DNA from: Octopus vulgaris
Taxonomy: Eukaryota
DNA: 64,000 nt
Assembly: GCA_951406725.2 (NCBI GenBank)
Contig: OX597836.1
Coordinates: 41,602,001 to 41,666,000 of the forward strand
Direction: 5' to 3'
A model generated the notes under the pieces. It was not told the DNA's origin. It was given only the letters and a program-made list of their open reading frames with translations, and made no database searches. The translations under genes were made by a program, and so were the position numbers. This document shows positions 1 to 14,250 of the stretch, piece after piece (position 1 is the first letter of the stretch; every line of letters begins with the position of its first letter).

Positions 1-117
1 TGTTAAAGAGAGACGATAGATCACAGCTTTTCCATTGAAGTCTGCAAATATCTAACCATTCATCTATTCATATAACTGTCAGTCTGTCTGTCTGTCATTT
101 TTTTTCTGTCAATATTT

Positions 118-1530
<1,413 letters not shown>

Positions 1531-1619
1531 TGAGATGACTTAGAATTGTAAGTTGCTAGAAAAAACGTACAAAATTGATAAAAGTCAACACAAAATGCAC
1601 TTCTACCACCAGAACCACC

Positions 1620-1650
1620 ACCCTACGCCTCCTCCTCCACCACCACCACC

Positions 1651-1696
<46 letters not shown>

Positions 1697-1827
1697 TTAA
1701 CGACAACAATGACAGCAATAAAAATTACAACACCTGCGATTATAACAATAACAACAATAACAACAATAATAATAATAAAAACAGCAATAATAATAATAAC
1801 AATAATAAAAATAATAATAATAATAAC

Positions 1828-1876
<49 letters not shown>

Positions 1877-3840
1877 GAATTAGTAATAGTAATAAAAATA
1901 ATAATAATAATAAAAATAATAATAATAACAACAACAACAACAACAACAATAATAATGTCAATGGAAACGTGGCAAGGATGTTATAAAGAAATTGCAATGC
2001 ACTCAACGAACCGCGATCTGGTGGTGAAAATCGATAAGAATCCGTCAAGAAAGGAGGTTGATTGGTAAATAAGACAGCTGAGAGGGAAAAGCGGAGTTTA
2101 GATCTTCAGGTCTGGTTCTATCTACCCCAGCATTCACTAAACTCTGGCAAACACTACCTACACCGCCGCCACCGCCGTCGACATCATCATCATCATCATC
2201 ATCATCTACCAGTACATCATCGCTATCATTCAAACCATACTAAACATCGACACACCACCACCACCACCACTACCATCACCCTCACCACCATCCTCTCCAC
2301 CACCCTCACCACCACCCTCTCCACCACCCTAACCACCACCCTCACCACCAGCAGCATCACCACCACCACCACCACCACCACAAAAACCACCACCACGACT
2401 ACATCACCACCACCACCACTACAACCACCACCATCACCACCACCACCACTACCACATCACCACCACCACCACTACAACCACCACCATCACTACCACCACC
2501 ATCACCATCACCACCACCACCATATCACCATCACCACCACCACGTCTACCACTACCACAACAACCAACACTACCACGTCTACCACCACCACCGGCATAAC
2601 AACCACCATCACCATCAGCACTAACGCCTTCACCGCCACTACCACCACCATCACCACTACCACCACTACCGCTACAACCAACAGCATCACTACCACTGAC
2701 ATTACCACCCCTGCCACCATTCCACCATCCTCAGCACCATTACCACCATCACCATTGCTACCACCACCACCACCACCGCACTACCACCGCTACCATCATC
2801 ACCACCACCACCATCACCGTCACCGCCACCACCTGCTTCTACCACCACTACCACCGTCACCACAAGAATACTGAATTTTAAGATCACCACCACCAGTACA
2901 ACCACCACCACCACCACCACCACCACCACCACCACCACCTCCGACACTACTACAACCTACACCACTACTACCAACAACCTACACCTGAAAACATCACTTC
3001 TACACCGCCACCTCCATCACCACTGTACTACTAAACATCCCCCACCAGTATACCATCTCCACTACTACCTTTACAATCGTTTCCACCCCCACCCCCACCC
3101 TACCACTACCACCACAACAACACACTACCCCACTACCACAAGCCATACACCACACCGATTTCTTCCACCCAACCGTCAACAGTGCAAGCACTGCACACCA
3201 CACAGCATCATATACAACCACTACAACAGTATCGACACCACCACTACCACAACCACTGCCACTACCACCATCACCGCCACCGCTAGCACCACCGCAGCAT
3301 ACTATGTTAGCACGCATCACACCATCACCGCCATATCCACCTCCGCATGACAGCTACACACACTGCCTTGCTATCACATCACATCCTAATCACCACTACC
3401 ACCACCACCATCACCACCACCATTACCACTGCTACCACCACCACCACAACCACCATTACTACCACCACCACAACCACCATTACTACCACCACCACCACAA
3501 CCACCATTACTACTACCACCACCACAACCACCATTACTACTACCACCACAACCACCACCATTACTACCATCACCACCACAACCACCATTATCACTGCTAC
3601 CACCACCACCACCACCATTACCAATGCTATCACCACCACCACTACCACCACAACCACCACCATTACTACTACCACCACCATTACACCACTACTACCACCA
3701 TCACCACTACCACCATTACCACTAGTATCACCACCACGACCACCACTACTATCATTACTACCACCACCACCACCATTATCATTACCACTACTACCACCAC
3801 TACCACCACTACTACTGCTACTACCACCACCACCACTCAG
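1620..3840. repeat. Trinucleotide low-complexity block (CCA/CAC/CTA/AAT)n
   Basis: Degenerate CAC/AAT runs. Poly-T/H/P ORFs occur in all frames. Confidence 0.9.
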
Positions 3841-4469
3841 CCGCAGCCCCACACCACCTTGCCACATTGCATGACATCACACATCAGGCATCGCTCACGC
3901 ACATCCCTACCTCGATTCGTTGTTGTATTCATTTCCGAACAAGAATGGAGATATCGTATTTGATGCATGCATTTAAAACTCTCATAAAAAAACCCCCAAA
4001 AAACAAAAAACAAATAGTCTCACAGAATCACTCCAGGTCTTAGATGCGGCGAAATTGGGTCTATACTACATGCTTTAATGCACCAAACACTTAGCTTTCC
4101 TTTATTATGTTCTGCTGAAATTGGAGTGCATCTTATATGCCTATGCGTTTTTTATGCCATCAGGTACGGTATCTGCAGGAGCCGGCTTAAAAGTTCATAG
4201 GGAGAGTTTACGAAAGAAAACAAAAGACGAAGACAGGTGGTGTACAAAACGTATTATTAATACAAAATGTATTAGTATAACGCTCAGGAATAGAAAAAGT
4301 CTTTTATGTTTCGAGCCTATGCTCTTCTACAGAAAAGGACACAGAAAAGTTTATAGGCTGACCAAGATACTTTCACGGAGCGTGACCAAATTATGTTTAT
4401 TTTTCGACGTAAGTCTCCCTTGCAGTCCACACACTTCATCCATCGGTGCTGTAGTGCTTGGATTAGTGA

Positions 4470-4796
4470 GGGCGCGTGGCTTAGTGGTTAGGGGCATTCG
4501 GCTCATGATCGTAAGGTTGTGAGTTCGATTCCCGGCGACACGTTGTGTCCTTGAGCAAGACACTTTATTTCACGTTGTTGCTCCAATCCACTCAGCTGGC
4601 AAAAATGAGTTGTACCTGTATTTCAAAGGGCCAGCCTTGTCACTCTCTGTGAAACGCTGAATCTCCTTGTGAACTAGTGGTTAAGGGTACACCTGTCTGT
4701 GGAGTGCTCAGCCACTTGCACGTTAATTTCACGAGCAAGCTGTTCCGTTGATCGTATCAGCAGGGACCCTCGTCGTCGCAACCGACGGAGTGCTCC
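4470..4796 (+). mobile_element. tRNA-derived SINE
   Basis: A-box TGGCTTAGTGG, B-box GTTCGATTCCC and a TCCTTGAGCAAGACACTT core. The 3' half is shared with the SINEs at 15508, 46357, 57900 and 61576. Confidence 0.85.
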
Positions 4797-5578
4797 TTAA
4801 AAAGTGCTTGGATTACACTAGTGAAGAAGCTTTTATTCTACAGTCCTATATTTGAGAGATGAGGAATTATGTACATTCTTTTACCCTTTTACTTGTTTCA
4901 GTCATTTGACTGCGGCCATGCTGGAGCAACGCCTTTAGTCGAGCAAATCGATCCCCGGGACTTATTCTTTGTAGATATCTATACGTGTGTGTGTGTTTGT
5001 GTGTGTGTGTGTGTCTGTATTTGTGTTGTGTTTCCCCACCGCTACCACTTGATAACCGGTGCTGGTTCGTTTACATCCTTGCAAGTTAGTGGTTCAGCAA
5101 AAGAGACCGATAAAATAAGTATCAGATTTTGATATAAGTTATTGGTGTCGATTTGTTGACTAAACTATACTCATCAAGGCAGTGCCCCAGTATGGCCGTA
5201 GTCCAGTGAGTGAAACAAATGAAATATTAAAGATAAAAGGTTATTTTAGCGATTCCACGACTCTTCCTCTGCGCATTGTAAAGATGTCAATTTTTATTTA
5301 TTTATCTTATTTTATTTTATTTTATTTTATTTTTACCCTTGCAAAGAAAAATAATTAATTTAATGTTTAGATTTTTTTTTGTAAGAAAAAAAAAAACCCA
5401 ACTTTTTTTGATTTCAGAAAGTGATTTAAAAAAATTAGAAAGCCGTTAAAACACGTATGAAAATAAATAAATAAATAAATAAATAAATAAAATACTAAGT
5501 TTATGTACATTTAATCAAGTTTACATTTAATATTACATTGGACCTTCGTCGGTTTCGACGATTACGATTCAGTTGTTC

Positions 5579-6065
5579 GATATGCATAAGATCTGGTCAT
5601 CAAATCTAAGTAGAGATTTCAAACTTAAAATTTTCAAAGCCACAGTCGAACCAGTTCTTCTATATGGCTCTGAAACCTGGACGTTATCAAAGAAGCTTGA
5701 GAGGCGATTGGATGGAATTTACACTCGCCTCCTTATGAGAGCTCAAAATCTCTCGTGGAAACGTCATCCAACCAAAGTACAAATATATGGGAAACTACCA
5801 CCTGTATCATCTCTTGTGAAAGGTAGAAGAGTCCAGTTTGCTGGACATTGTTGTAGAGCTGAAAACGAGGTAATTTCTACTCTTCTCCTCTGGAAGCCAT
5901 CTGCTCGCGATACCAGAGGGCACACACTCTCCTACTCTGATGTAATCTCCGGGGATACAGGCATCCAGCAACAGGACCTCCGTAGTGCTATGATGGACCG
6001 TGAAGTCTGGCGTAGCATGGTAAATTTCATTGTCTCGACCAAGGTCGAACAATGATGGTGATGAG
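5579..6065 (+). mobile_element. 5'-truncated RTE-type LINE 3' fragment
   Basis: ORF 5573-6055 contains LLYGSETW and QFAGHCCR, is nearly identical to the C-terminus of the 25996-29475 LINE, and ends in a (GAT)-type tail. Confidence 0.9.
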
Positions 6066-6186
6066 TATATTCCAGTGTTTCAGCAGCACATTGAAGAATA
6101 TGGTCACGAAAATCTGCCCATGCTGCAGCATTTTCAACGCTGGACAAGCGAGTCTGAAGCTCTTTCCTCAACACAGTATAATATAT

Positions 6187-6601
6187 ATTTCTTTGCTGCC
6201 CACAAAGGGCTAAACATAGAGGGGACAGACAAGGACAGACAAAGGAATTAAGTCGATTACATCAACCCCAGTGCGTAACTGGTACTTTATTTATCAACCC
6301 CGAGAGGATGAAAGGCAAAGTCGACCTCGGCGGAATTTGAACTCAGAACGTAACGGCAGACGAAATACCTATTTCTTTACTACCCACAAGGGGCTAAACA
6401 TAGAGGGGACAAACAAGGACAGACAAACGGATAAAGTCGATTACATCGACCCCAGTGCGTAACTGGTACTTAATTTATCGACCCCGAAAGGATGAAAGGC
6501 AAAGTCGACCTCGGCGGAATTTGAACTCAGAACGTAACGGCGGACGAAATACGGCTACGCATTTCGCCCGGCGTGCTAACCTTTCTGCCAGCTCACCGCC
6601 T
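6187..6601 (-). mobile_element. tRNA SINE with duplicated body and ~17-bp TSD
   Basis: Head GGCGGTGAGCTGGCAGAA, B-box GTTCAAATTCC and central GCCTTTCATCCTTTCGGGGTCGATAAA. AACACAGTATAATATAT lies on both flanks. Confidence 0.9.
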
Positions 6602-7449
6602 TCAAACACAGTATAATATATCTTATGAACATTCAGACGCCGAGGATGATATATACACTAAAGAATCCGAGAAACAGGCTTTATGAACCTATACCTCGGG
6701 TGGACCTTTGTTCCATTGTTTTTTTAATTCTTCTATAAGCGCTATGGTTAAGACAAAAGATTAATTGTACGTACTTGTGGCGACATTCACCGTTGGCGGG
6801 TTGAGTCGGCTTCTTCTATTGGAAGAAGTTTCGTGGGAATATGTGGATTTCACAAGCGGTCCCCAACAATCCCGTATGTAGAGACATCCTGTTTGCCACA
6901 GATTGTCCGCAGACGCAGGGACAGAACGACCGAGGAGCCGCCGGTTGCCGAAACATACACTCCGAGGATTTTCACCAGAGCCCCGTCTGCCGGGTTGTGG
7001 CCCTAATACCACTCAGTGTCAGACTACTCCGCCTATATATATATATAGACGCATATATATAGGTATTTATATACGTACATATGTATGTACGTATGTAGGT
7101 ATGTATGTATGCATGTATGTATGTATGTAAGTGTGGGTGTGTGAAGAAATCCGGCTAACGGTCGTAAGGTCGTGGCTTCGATACTTGACGGTGTCATGTC
7201 CTTGTGGAAGACAATTTATTTTAAGGACACTTTATATCCGGGTTACTCAGCTGGCACATATATAACCGCGCGTATATACGTGTGCGTATGTCCAATAAGC
7301 AAATGTATACATTCCAGACATATATTTCACATATGGCCCAGTGGTTAAGGCAGCGGACTCGCGGTCATAGGATCGCGGTTTCGATTCCCAGACCGGGCGT
7401 TGTGAGTATTTATTGAGCGAAAACACCTAAAGTACCACGAGGCTTCAGG

Positions 7450-7696
7450 TTGATTAGTTCTCTGAATAAGGTTTGTTTAAAGATGTTGCACGAAATACGA
7501 TTGTTTCCAGAGGCGAATTATCCAAACCCTAAAGAATTCCTCTCGACACATGGCTATGATGCTCCCCCACTACTTCTGATCGTGATCAGCGATGTACATA
7601 TCGCCAGCCACTAAGGGACATGCTCAACTGGTTAAGGTCAAATAATCGAAAAGCAAATTTGTGGTATTGAGCAGAATATTTGCTGTAGCCCATCTT
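7450..7696 (-). mobile_element. Fragment of the repeat at 37172-37705
   Basis: Reverse complement of part of 37240-37480. Confidence 0.8.
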
Positions 7697-7707
7697 ATAT
7701 ATATATA

Positions 7708-7739
<32 letters not shown>

Positions 7740-8046
7740 CTAGCATTATCGCCCGGCGTTGTTCGGGTTTGTAAGGGAAATAACTATATAAGCATTTTTA
7801 GAGAGTTACTTCCCTTATATAACCCGAGCAAAAATCATTAAAAATACGGAAAAATGACGGTAAATGTTTTTTTAAATCGTAGACTCATCGTAGACGCGCG
7901 CTAATACCCAGAAGGGCTCGATATGAATGACGACTATAATATACCCGCTTTTGGTTAAACTGCACCGCAAAATGTGGGAGTAGTTAGGAATCTAAATCGG
8001 AGGAGACAGAGTCTCACACACACAACTTCAATTTAATATATAAAGA
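7740..8046 (-). mobile_element. Non-autonomous Helitron
   Basis: On the minus strand it starts TC, ends in a CCCG..CGGG hairpin plus CTAG, and lies between A and T. The 3' end is shared with 41011-41395. Confidence 0.75.
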
Positions 8047-8059
8047 TATATGCATGCAT

Positions 8060-8164
<105 letters not shown>

Positions 8165-8617
8165 TATACTTTATTTAAAAGCAGCAGAAATTCAACAAAA
8201 CCTTTTAAATAAACCATATTACTCTACCCCTGGTATTTGAGTACTCTTTTTCCACCTTGTTTCACATTTATGTGTTTACTCCGGTATACATATATATATA
8301 TATATATATAGGCACAGGCATGTTGTGTGATGCTTGCTTCCCAACCACATGGTTCCAAGTTCAGTCCCATTGCATGGCACCTTGGGCAAGTGTTTTCTAC
8401 TACAACCTCGGGCCGAACAAAGCCTCGTGAGTAGATTTGGTAGACGGAAACTGAAAGAAGTCAGTCATATATATATACATATGCATACATGCATACATAC
8501 ATACATATATTTATACATACATACATACATACATACATAACTTCCTAAAGGTTAGAGCCTTTCGACTTTCTAAAAAGGTTCTTTTCTCAATCTTAACTCT
8601 TTGAGAAAAAAATCTCT

Positions 8618-8649
<32 letters not shown>

Positions 8650-8817
8650 CATAAGGGACTAAAGCCATCTGAATATGGCTAGGGACAGGGCAGGGTGGTG
8701 GGGGTGTTACTGTTGCATTTAGCCCCAGGCGAACATCGACGTCACCAGAAAGGCTCGACACCGTCACGGTGTCCTTATCCTGCAAAGGGAGGTAATTCCC
8801 CGATGAAGCGGAAACCA

Positions 8818-8863
8818 CACACGGACCATGGTTTCAAGGTGTATTGCCTATCGTCGGCGTGTG
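8818..8863 (-). ncRNA. Type I hammerhead ribozyme, copy 1
   Basis: Minus strand reads CACACG-CCGACGA-TAGGcaatacaCCTT-GAAAC-CATG-GTC-CGTGTG. Confidence 0.8.
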
Positions 8864-9177
8864 GTAGGCTTCCGCTTCCTCGACGAATTCTCACTCTGCA
8901 GGATATTCATATATAGATTTTCAAGCAAAATACATTTGCTGATTTCGAAAATCTGTTCGAAAGCAATAATAATTCTCTAAAAGAGATATAGACAGTAACT
9001 GCTCGATAACATAAGGGACTAAAGCCATCTGAATATGGCTAGGGACAGGGCAGGGTGGTGGGGGTGTTACTGTTGCATTTAGCCCCAGGCGAACATCGAC
9101 GTCACCAGAAAGGCTCGACACCGTCACGGTGTCCTTATCCTGCAAAGGGAGGTAATTCCCCGATGAAGCGGAAACCA

Positions 9178-9223
9178 CACACGGACCATGGTTTCAAGGT
9201 GTATTGCCTATCGTCGGCGTGTG
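9178..9223 (-). ncRNA. Type I hammerhead ribozyme, copy 2
   Basis: Identical to copy 1 and 360 bp away. Confidence 0.8.
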
Positions 9224-9501
9224 GTAGGCTTCCGCTTCCTCGACGAATTCTCACTCTGCAGGATATTCATATATAGATTTTCAAGCAAAATACAGTAACA
9301 CCCCCACCACCCTGCCCTGTCCCTAGCCATATTCAGATGGCTTTAGTCCCTTATGTTATCGAGCAGTTACTGTCTATATCTCTTTTAGAGAATTATTATT
9401 GCTTTCGAACAGATTTTCGAAATCAGCAAATGTATTTTGCTTGAAAATCTATATATGAATATCCCGCAGAGTGAGAATTCGTCGAGGAAGCGGAAGCCTA
9501 C

Positions 9502-9547
9502 CACACGCCGACGATAGGCAATACACCTTGAAACCATGGTCCGTGTG
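9502..9547 (+). ncRNA. Type I hammerhead ribozyme, copy 3
   Basis: Same motif in the inverted arm. GTC is at 9539-9541. Confidence 0.8.
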
Positions 9548-9970
9548 TGGTTTCCGCTTCATCGGGGAATTACCTCCCTTTGCAGGATAAGGTCACCGTG
9601 ACGGTGTCGAGCCTTTCTGGTGACGTCGATGTTCGCCTGGGGCTAAATGCAACAGTAACACCCCCACCACCCTGCCCTGTCCCTAGCCATATTCAGATGG
9701 CTTTAGTCCCTTATGTTATCGAGCAGTTACTGTCTATATCTCTTTTAGAGAATTATTATTGCTATATATATATATATATATATATATGTGATAAATAAAA
9801 ATATATGCATACATACAAACATATATGTACGTACCTACATCTACATGTATATATACATGCATATATAAATAATTATACGTGAGTACAGGACACCACAATA
9901 TATATATATATATGCAAAGTTAATCTGGAACTCGACTGAGGATAGAAAACACCGAATAAACACCTTATAC

Positions 9971-10034
<64 letters not shown>

Positions 10035-10035
<1 letters not shown>

Positions 10036-10183
10036 AAGTTAATCCAAGCAAGAAAACACACAAAAAAACAAAAAAACTCAGCAACGCGAGGATGTGGAAC
10101 AAATATAGTATTATTGGACGCTCAGGAAAGAAGGAAAGAAGGAGGGTTTAACGTTTCGAGCGGAGCTCTTCGTCGGAAACATA
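10035..10183 (-). mobile_element. Penelope-type terminal remnant with minimal HHR
   Basis: GTTT-CCGACGA-A-GAGCtccGCTC-GAAAC-GTT-AAAC at 10146-10180 (-), flanked by (TA)n. Copies occur at 33898 and 36135 (+). Confidence 0.65.
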
Positions 10184-10302
10184 AATATATATATATATAT
10201 GTATATTAGAAGAAATGAGGTACTCAGAAAACCGGATGGTTTATATTTACAGATATTTATTTGTATATTACATTTTATATATATATGTATATATATATAC
10301 AC

Positions 10303-10393
<91 letters not shown>

Positions 10394-10419
10394 GATATGT
10401 ATATATATACATGTTGATT

Positions 10420-10620
10420 CGTTAGTTACTGCACGCATTTTTTTCTCTCCTTCTTTCTGTGTTTTTTTTTCTCTCTGTGTATCTTTCTGTTGAAGAGCGT
10501 AGGCTCGAAACATTAAAGACTTGTTTTATTTATATTTCCTGAGCGCCATACTAATACAATTGTTTGTTTGTTTTCCACCTGCCTTCGTCTCTTGTCTATT
10601 TTCATAAAGCTTCCCGTTAT
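10420..10620 (+). mobile_element. Penelope-type terminal remnant with variant HHR
   Basis: TCTTT-CTGTTGA-A-GAGCgtagGCTC-GAAAC-ATT-AAAGA at 10482-10519. Relatives lie near 4300, 33307, 35527, 46907, 47667 and 50364. Confidence 0.6.
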
Positions 10621-10768
10621 ATATATATGCATGCACACACACATGCATGGATATATACGTTAATTCTGGAGAGAAATAGTCGATCTTGCAATGGCAGGAT
10701 ACGGTTTCAATATCCACGACAAATCCAAGCTGATCATATTACACACACACGCATATGCCCGTGTGTGT

Positions 10769-10801
<33 letters not shown>

Positions 10802-10839
10802 CGTGCGTGTGTGTGTGTGTGTGTGTAATACGATCAGCG

Positions 10840-11700
10840 TTGTCGTGATTATGGTGATAGAAGTAGTGACAGTTAAGAGTGATACTAATGGTGGTAGTGG
10901 TGATGGTGGTGGCGTTGGGTAAGGTGTGGCGACGGTCAAGCCGACGGCGACGGCGCGGTGGGCCGGGAACGATAATGATGACGACGATGCTGATGATGAT
11001 AATGATGTTGATGATAATAGCACAGCTGATGGCGATGGGGATGGTGTCGCAGGCTATGACGATAGTGATGGTGATAGTGACGATGCCGGGAGTAGCGGGG
11101 TGGTGATAGTGAAAACGCTGGGTGATTTGTTAGTAAACGCTGGCGGTCAGGTGATTGTGATTATGATGGTGGCGGTGGTGATTATCGTAGCGGTGGTGGT
11201 GGTGGTAGCGGTGGTGATAGCGATAGGGTTAGACGTTGTGGGTGATGATAATGATTATGATGGTGTTAGTCGATGGTGGTGGCGGTGGTGAAGGTGGCGA
11301 TTATCGTAGCGGTGGTGGTGGTGGTAGCGGTGGTGATGGTGGTCGTAGCGGTGGTGATAGCGATGAGGTTAGACGTGGTGGGTGATGATAATGATTATGA
11401 TGGTGTTAGTCGATGATGGTGGTGGTGATGGTGAAGGTGGCGATTATCGTAGCGGTGGTGGTGGTGAGCGATAAGGTTAGACGTGGTGGGTGATGATAAT
11501 GATTATGATGGTGTTGGTAATAGTCGATTATGGAGGCTGCGGCGGTGATGATGACGATGATGATGATGATAGTGATGATAGTGATTACGGTGATGGTGAT
11601 GGTGGTGGTGGTGGTGATAATGATTAAGATGATGATGGTGGTGGTGGAGGTGATAACGATTAAGATGATGGTGGTGGTGGTGGTGGTGATGGAAGGACTG
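10840..11700. repeat. (GGT/GAT)n low complexity with degenerate ~100-120 bp repeats
   Basis: GGTTAGACGT..GGGTGATGATAATGATTATGATGGTGTT occurs three times between 11227 and 11520. Confidence 0.8.
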
Positions 11701-11825
11701 CTGCAGTGGGGCCGTCTTTATTAGTCAGAGCGGGTGGGGGGTGTAATAAATACCGACAATTAAAGAAAAAAAGACAGAGAGAAAGAAAGAGAGAAAGAAA
11801 GAGAGAGAGAGAGAAACATTAGGGT

Positions 11826-11879
<54 letters not shown>

Positions 11880-12296
11880 GTAAGGTGAGGTGGGTGGGGG
11901 CGGGGGAAATATTAGAACCAATTTGCCACTCTAGCGACACCAGTTAAGCAATTAACAATTTTTTTTATAAACTGGAAGTGAAAAAAAAAGAATTGTTCCC
12001 CCCCCCCCTCCTTCCACCTTTTTATAGTTTATTACTACGGCTCCCCCTCCCTCTTTCTCACACATACATTTTATATATATAGACACACACACATATATAT
12101 ATCTATATACACATACACACACACACACACAGATACAAATATGCACTTTCTCTCACTCTCTCTCTCTCTCACCCCTCTCTCTTTTAATTTGTAGCCCTCT
12201 CTTTCCCACTCTCTCTCTATCTCGCATTATCTTTATCTTCTTAATCTCTCTCCTCTCCTTTTAAAACCATTGATTGATTTATGGACTGATATTAAA

Positions 12297-12330
<34 letters not shown>

Positions 12331-12450
12331 GCACACGCACAGACACACACACATACACATACACATACTCACACGCGTACACATACACACGCACACTCAT
12401 ACACTAACACACACGCACTCACACACACACTTACACACACACGTACACAC

Positions 12451-12493
<43 letters not shown>

Positions 12494-12811
12494 TACACAC
12501 ACACACACACACTCATACACACAGACATACTCACACGCACACACAAACACATACACACACACAGACATACTCACACGCGTACACACACATACACACTCGC
12601 ACACACACACTCGCACACACACACACACTCACACACACACACAGACACACACTAATACACGCACACGCATACATACACACACATACAAATGCAAACACAC
12701 ACACACACACCCTCATATCTTATAGTCAGTCATACACTTTCTGCCTCTCTTCCTTTCCCCCTTCTCTCTCTATCTCTCTCTCTCTCTCAATATATACATA
12801 TACACATATAC

Positions 12812-12869
<58 letters not shown>

Positions 12870-13354
12870 AGACACACAGACACACGATCTCACTCACACA
12901 CATACAAAAACAAGCCCCCCCCAGTCCTTCACTCCTCTCACCACCACCTCCACCCTATTACTGCTATCTCCCTCCTCCTCCTCCTCCTATCTCCTTCCAT
13001 CTCACACCACCACTCCAAACATTATCTTCCTATATTATTTCATTAGTTTTCTTCTTTATTAATAACAATATCAATTAATATAATTAAGGCTGTCATTAAA
13101 CTTGTTACTGCTGTTGTTGTTATTATTATTGTTGTCCCTGTTGTTGTTGTTGTTCTTTAAGTGGAGTTGTTCTTGTCGTTGTTGTTGTTGGTTTTGTCTG
13201 TTAGGCCTTTTTTGTTATTGACGTTGTATTTGGTGTTGTTGTTAGGCTTATTGTTAGACTTTTTACTGTTGTTGGTTGTTAAGTCTTCATTTTGCTCTTC
13301 GGTTTTAATGTCTTCGGTTCTGTTTTTGTTACTGTTGTAGCGTTTAATATATTT

Positions 13355-14250
13355 CTTCTTTTTTCTTCTTCTTGTTCTTCTTCTTTTTCTTCTTCTTCTT
13401 CTCCTTTTTCTTCTCCTTCTCCTTCTTCTTCTTCTTCTTCTTCTTCTTCTTCTTCTTCTCCTTTTTCTTCTTCTTCTTCTTTTTCTTTTTCGTTTTCTTC
13501 TTCTTCTTCTTCTTCTTCTTCTTCTTTTCCTTCTTCTTCTTCTTCTTCTTCTTCTTCTTCTCCTCCTCCTCCTCCTCCTCCTCCTCCTCCTTCTTCTTCT
13601 TCTTCTTTTTCTTCTCCTTTTTTTCTTTTCTTCTCCTCCCCCTCCTTTTTCTTTTTTCTTCTTCTTCTCCTTCTCCTTCTCCTCCTCGTCCTTCTTTTTC
13701 TTCTTCTCCTTCTTCTTCTCCTCCTCCTCCTCCTTCTTCTTCTTCTTCTTCACCTTCTTCTCCTCATTCTTCTTCTTCTTCTTCTTCTTCTTCTTCTCCT
13801 TCCCTCCTCCTCCTTGTCCTTCTTCTTTTACTCCTTCTTCTTCTCCTTCTCCTCCTTCTTTTTCTTCTTCATCTTCTCCTTCTTCTTTTTCTTTTTCTTC
13901 TTCTCCTCCTCCTCCTCCTTGTCCTTCTTTTTCCTTTTCTCCTTCTCCTTCTCCTCCTCTTCCTCTTTCTTTTTCTTCTTTTTCTTTTTCTTCTCCTCCT
14001 TCTTCTCCTTCTTTTTCTTCTTCTTTTTCTCCTCCTCCTCCTCCTCCTCCTCCTCCTTCTTCTTCTTCTTCTTCTCCTTCTCCCTCTTCTCCTTCTCCCT
14101 CTTCTCCTTCTCCTTCTCCTCCTCCTCCTCTTCCTCCTCCTCCTTCTTCACTCCTCTTTCTCATTATACCCTCCCCGTCCCAACCCATCTTCCTCCTCCT
14201 CCTCCCTCCTCCTCCTTCCATGTCTCTCTTCCTTCCTCCTCCTCCCACTG
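13355..14250. repeat. ~0.9 kb polypyrimidine (TTC/CTC)n tract
   Basis: Directly visible. Confidence 0.95.

Larger units (their letters stand above)
8646..9764. mobile_element. 360-bp tandem plus inverted HHR element (retrozyme-like)
   Basis: The unit at 8646 recurs at 9006. The inverted copy runs from ~9292. There is (TA)n at both ends and one HHR per unit. Confidence 0.85.

Noticed and set aside
6760-7030. GC-richer segment with VKILGVY on the minus strand
   Set aside because: It is too short and degenerate to call as an RT remnant or an exon.
8800-8836. Possible opposite-polarity HHR (CCGATGA-AGCG-GAAACCA..TGGTT)
   Set aside because: There is no stem II or stem I. It is better explained by the self-complementarity of the real HHR.
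8570-9798. Repeated 73-85 aa ORFs in the 360-bp unit
   Set aside because: They have non-ATG starts and no motifs, and recur only because the unit is repeated.
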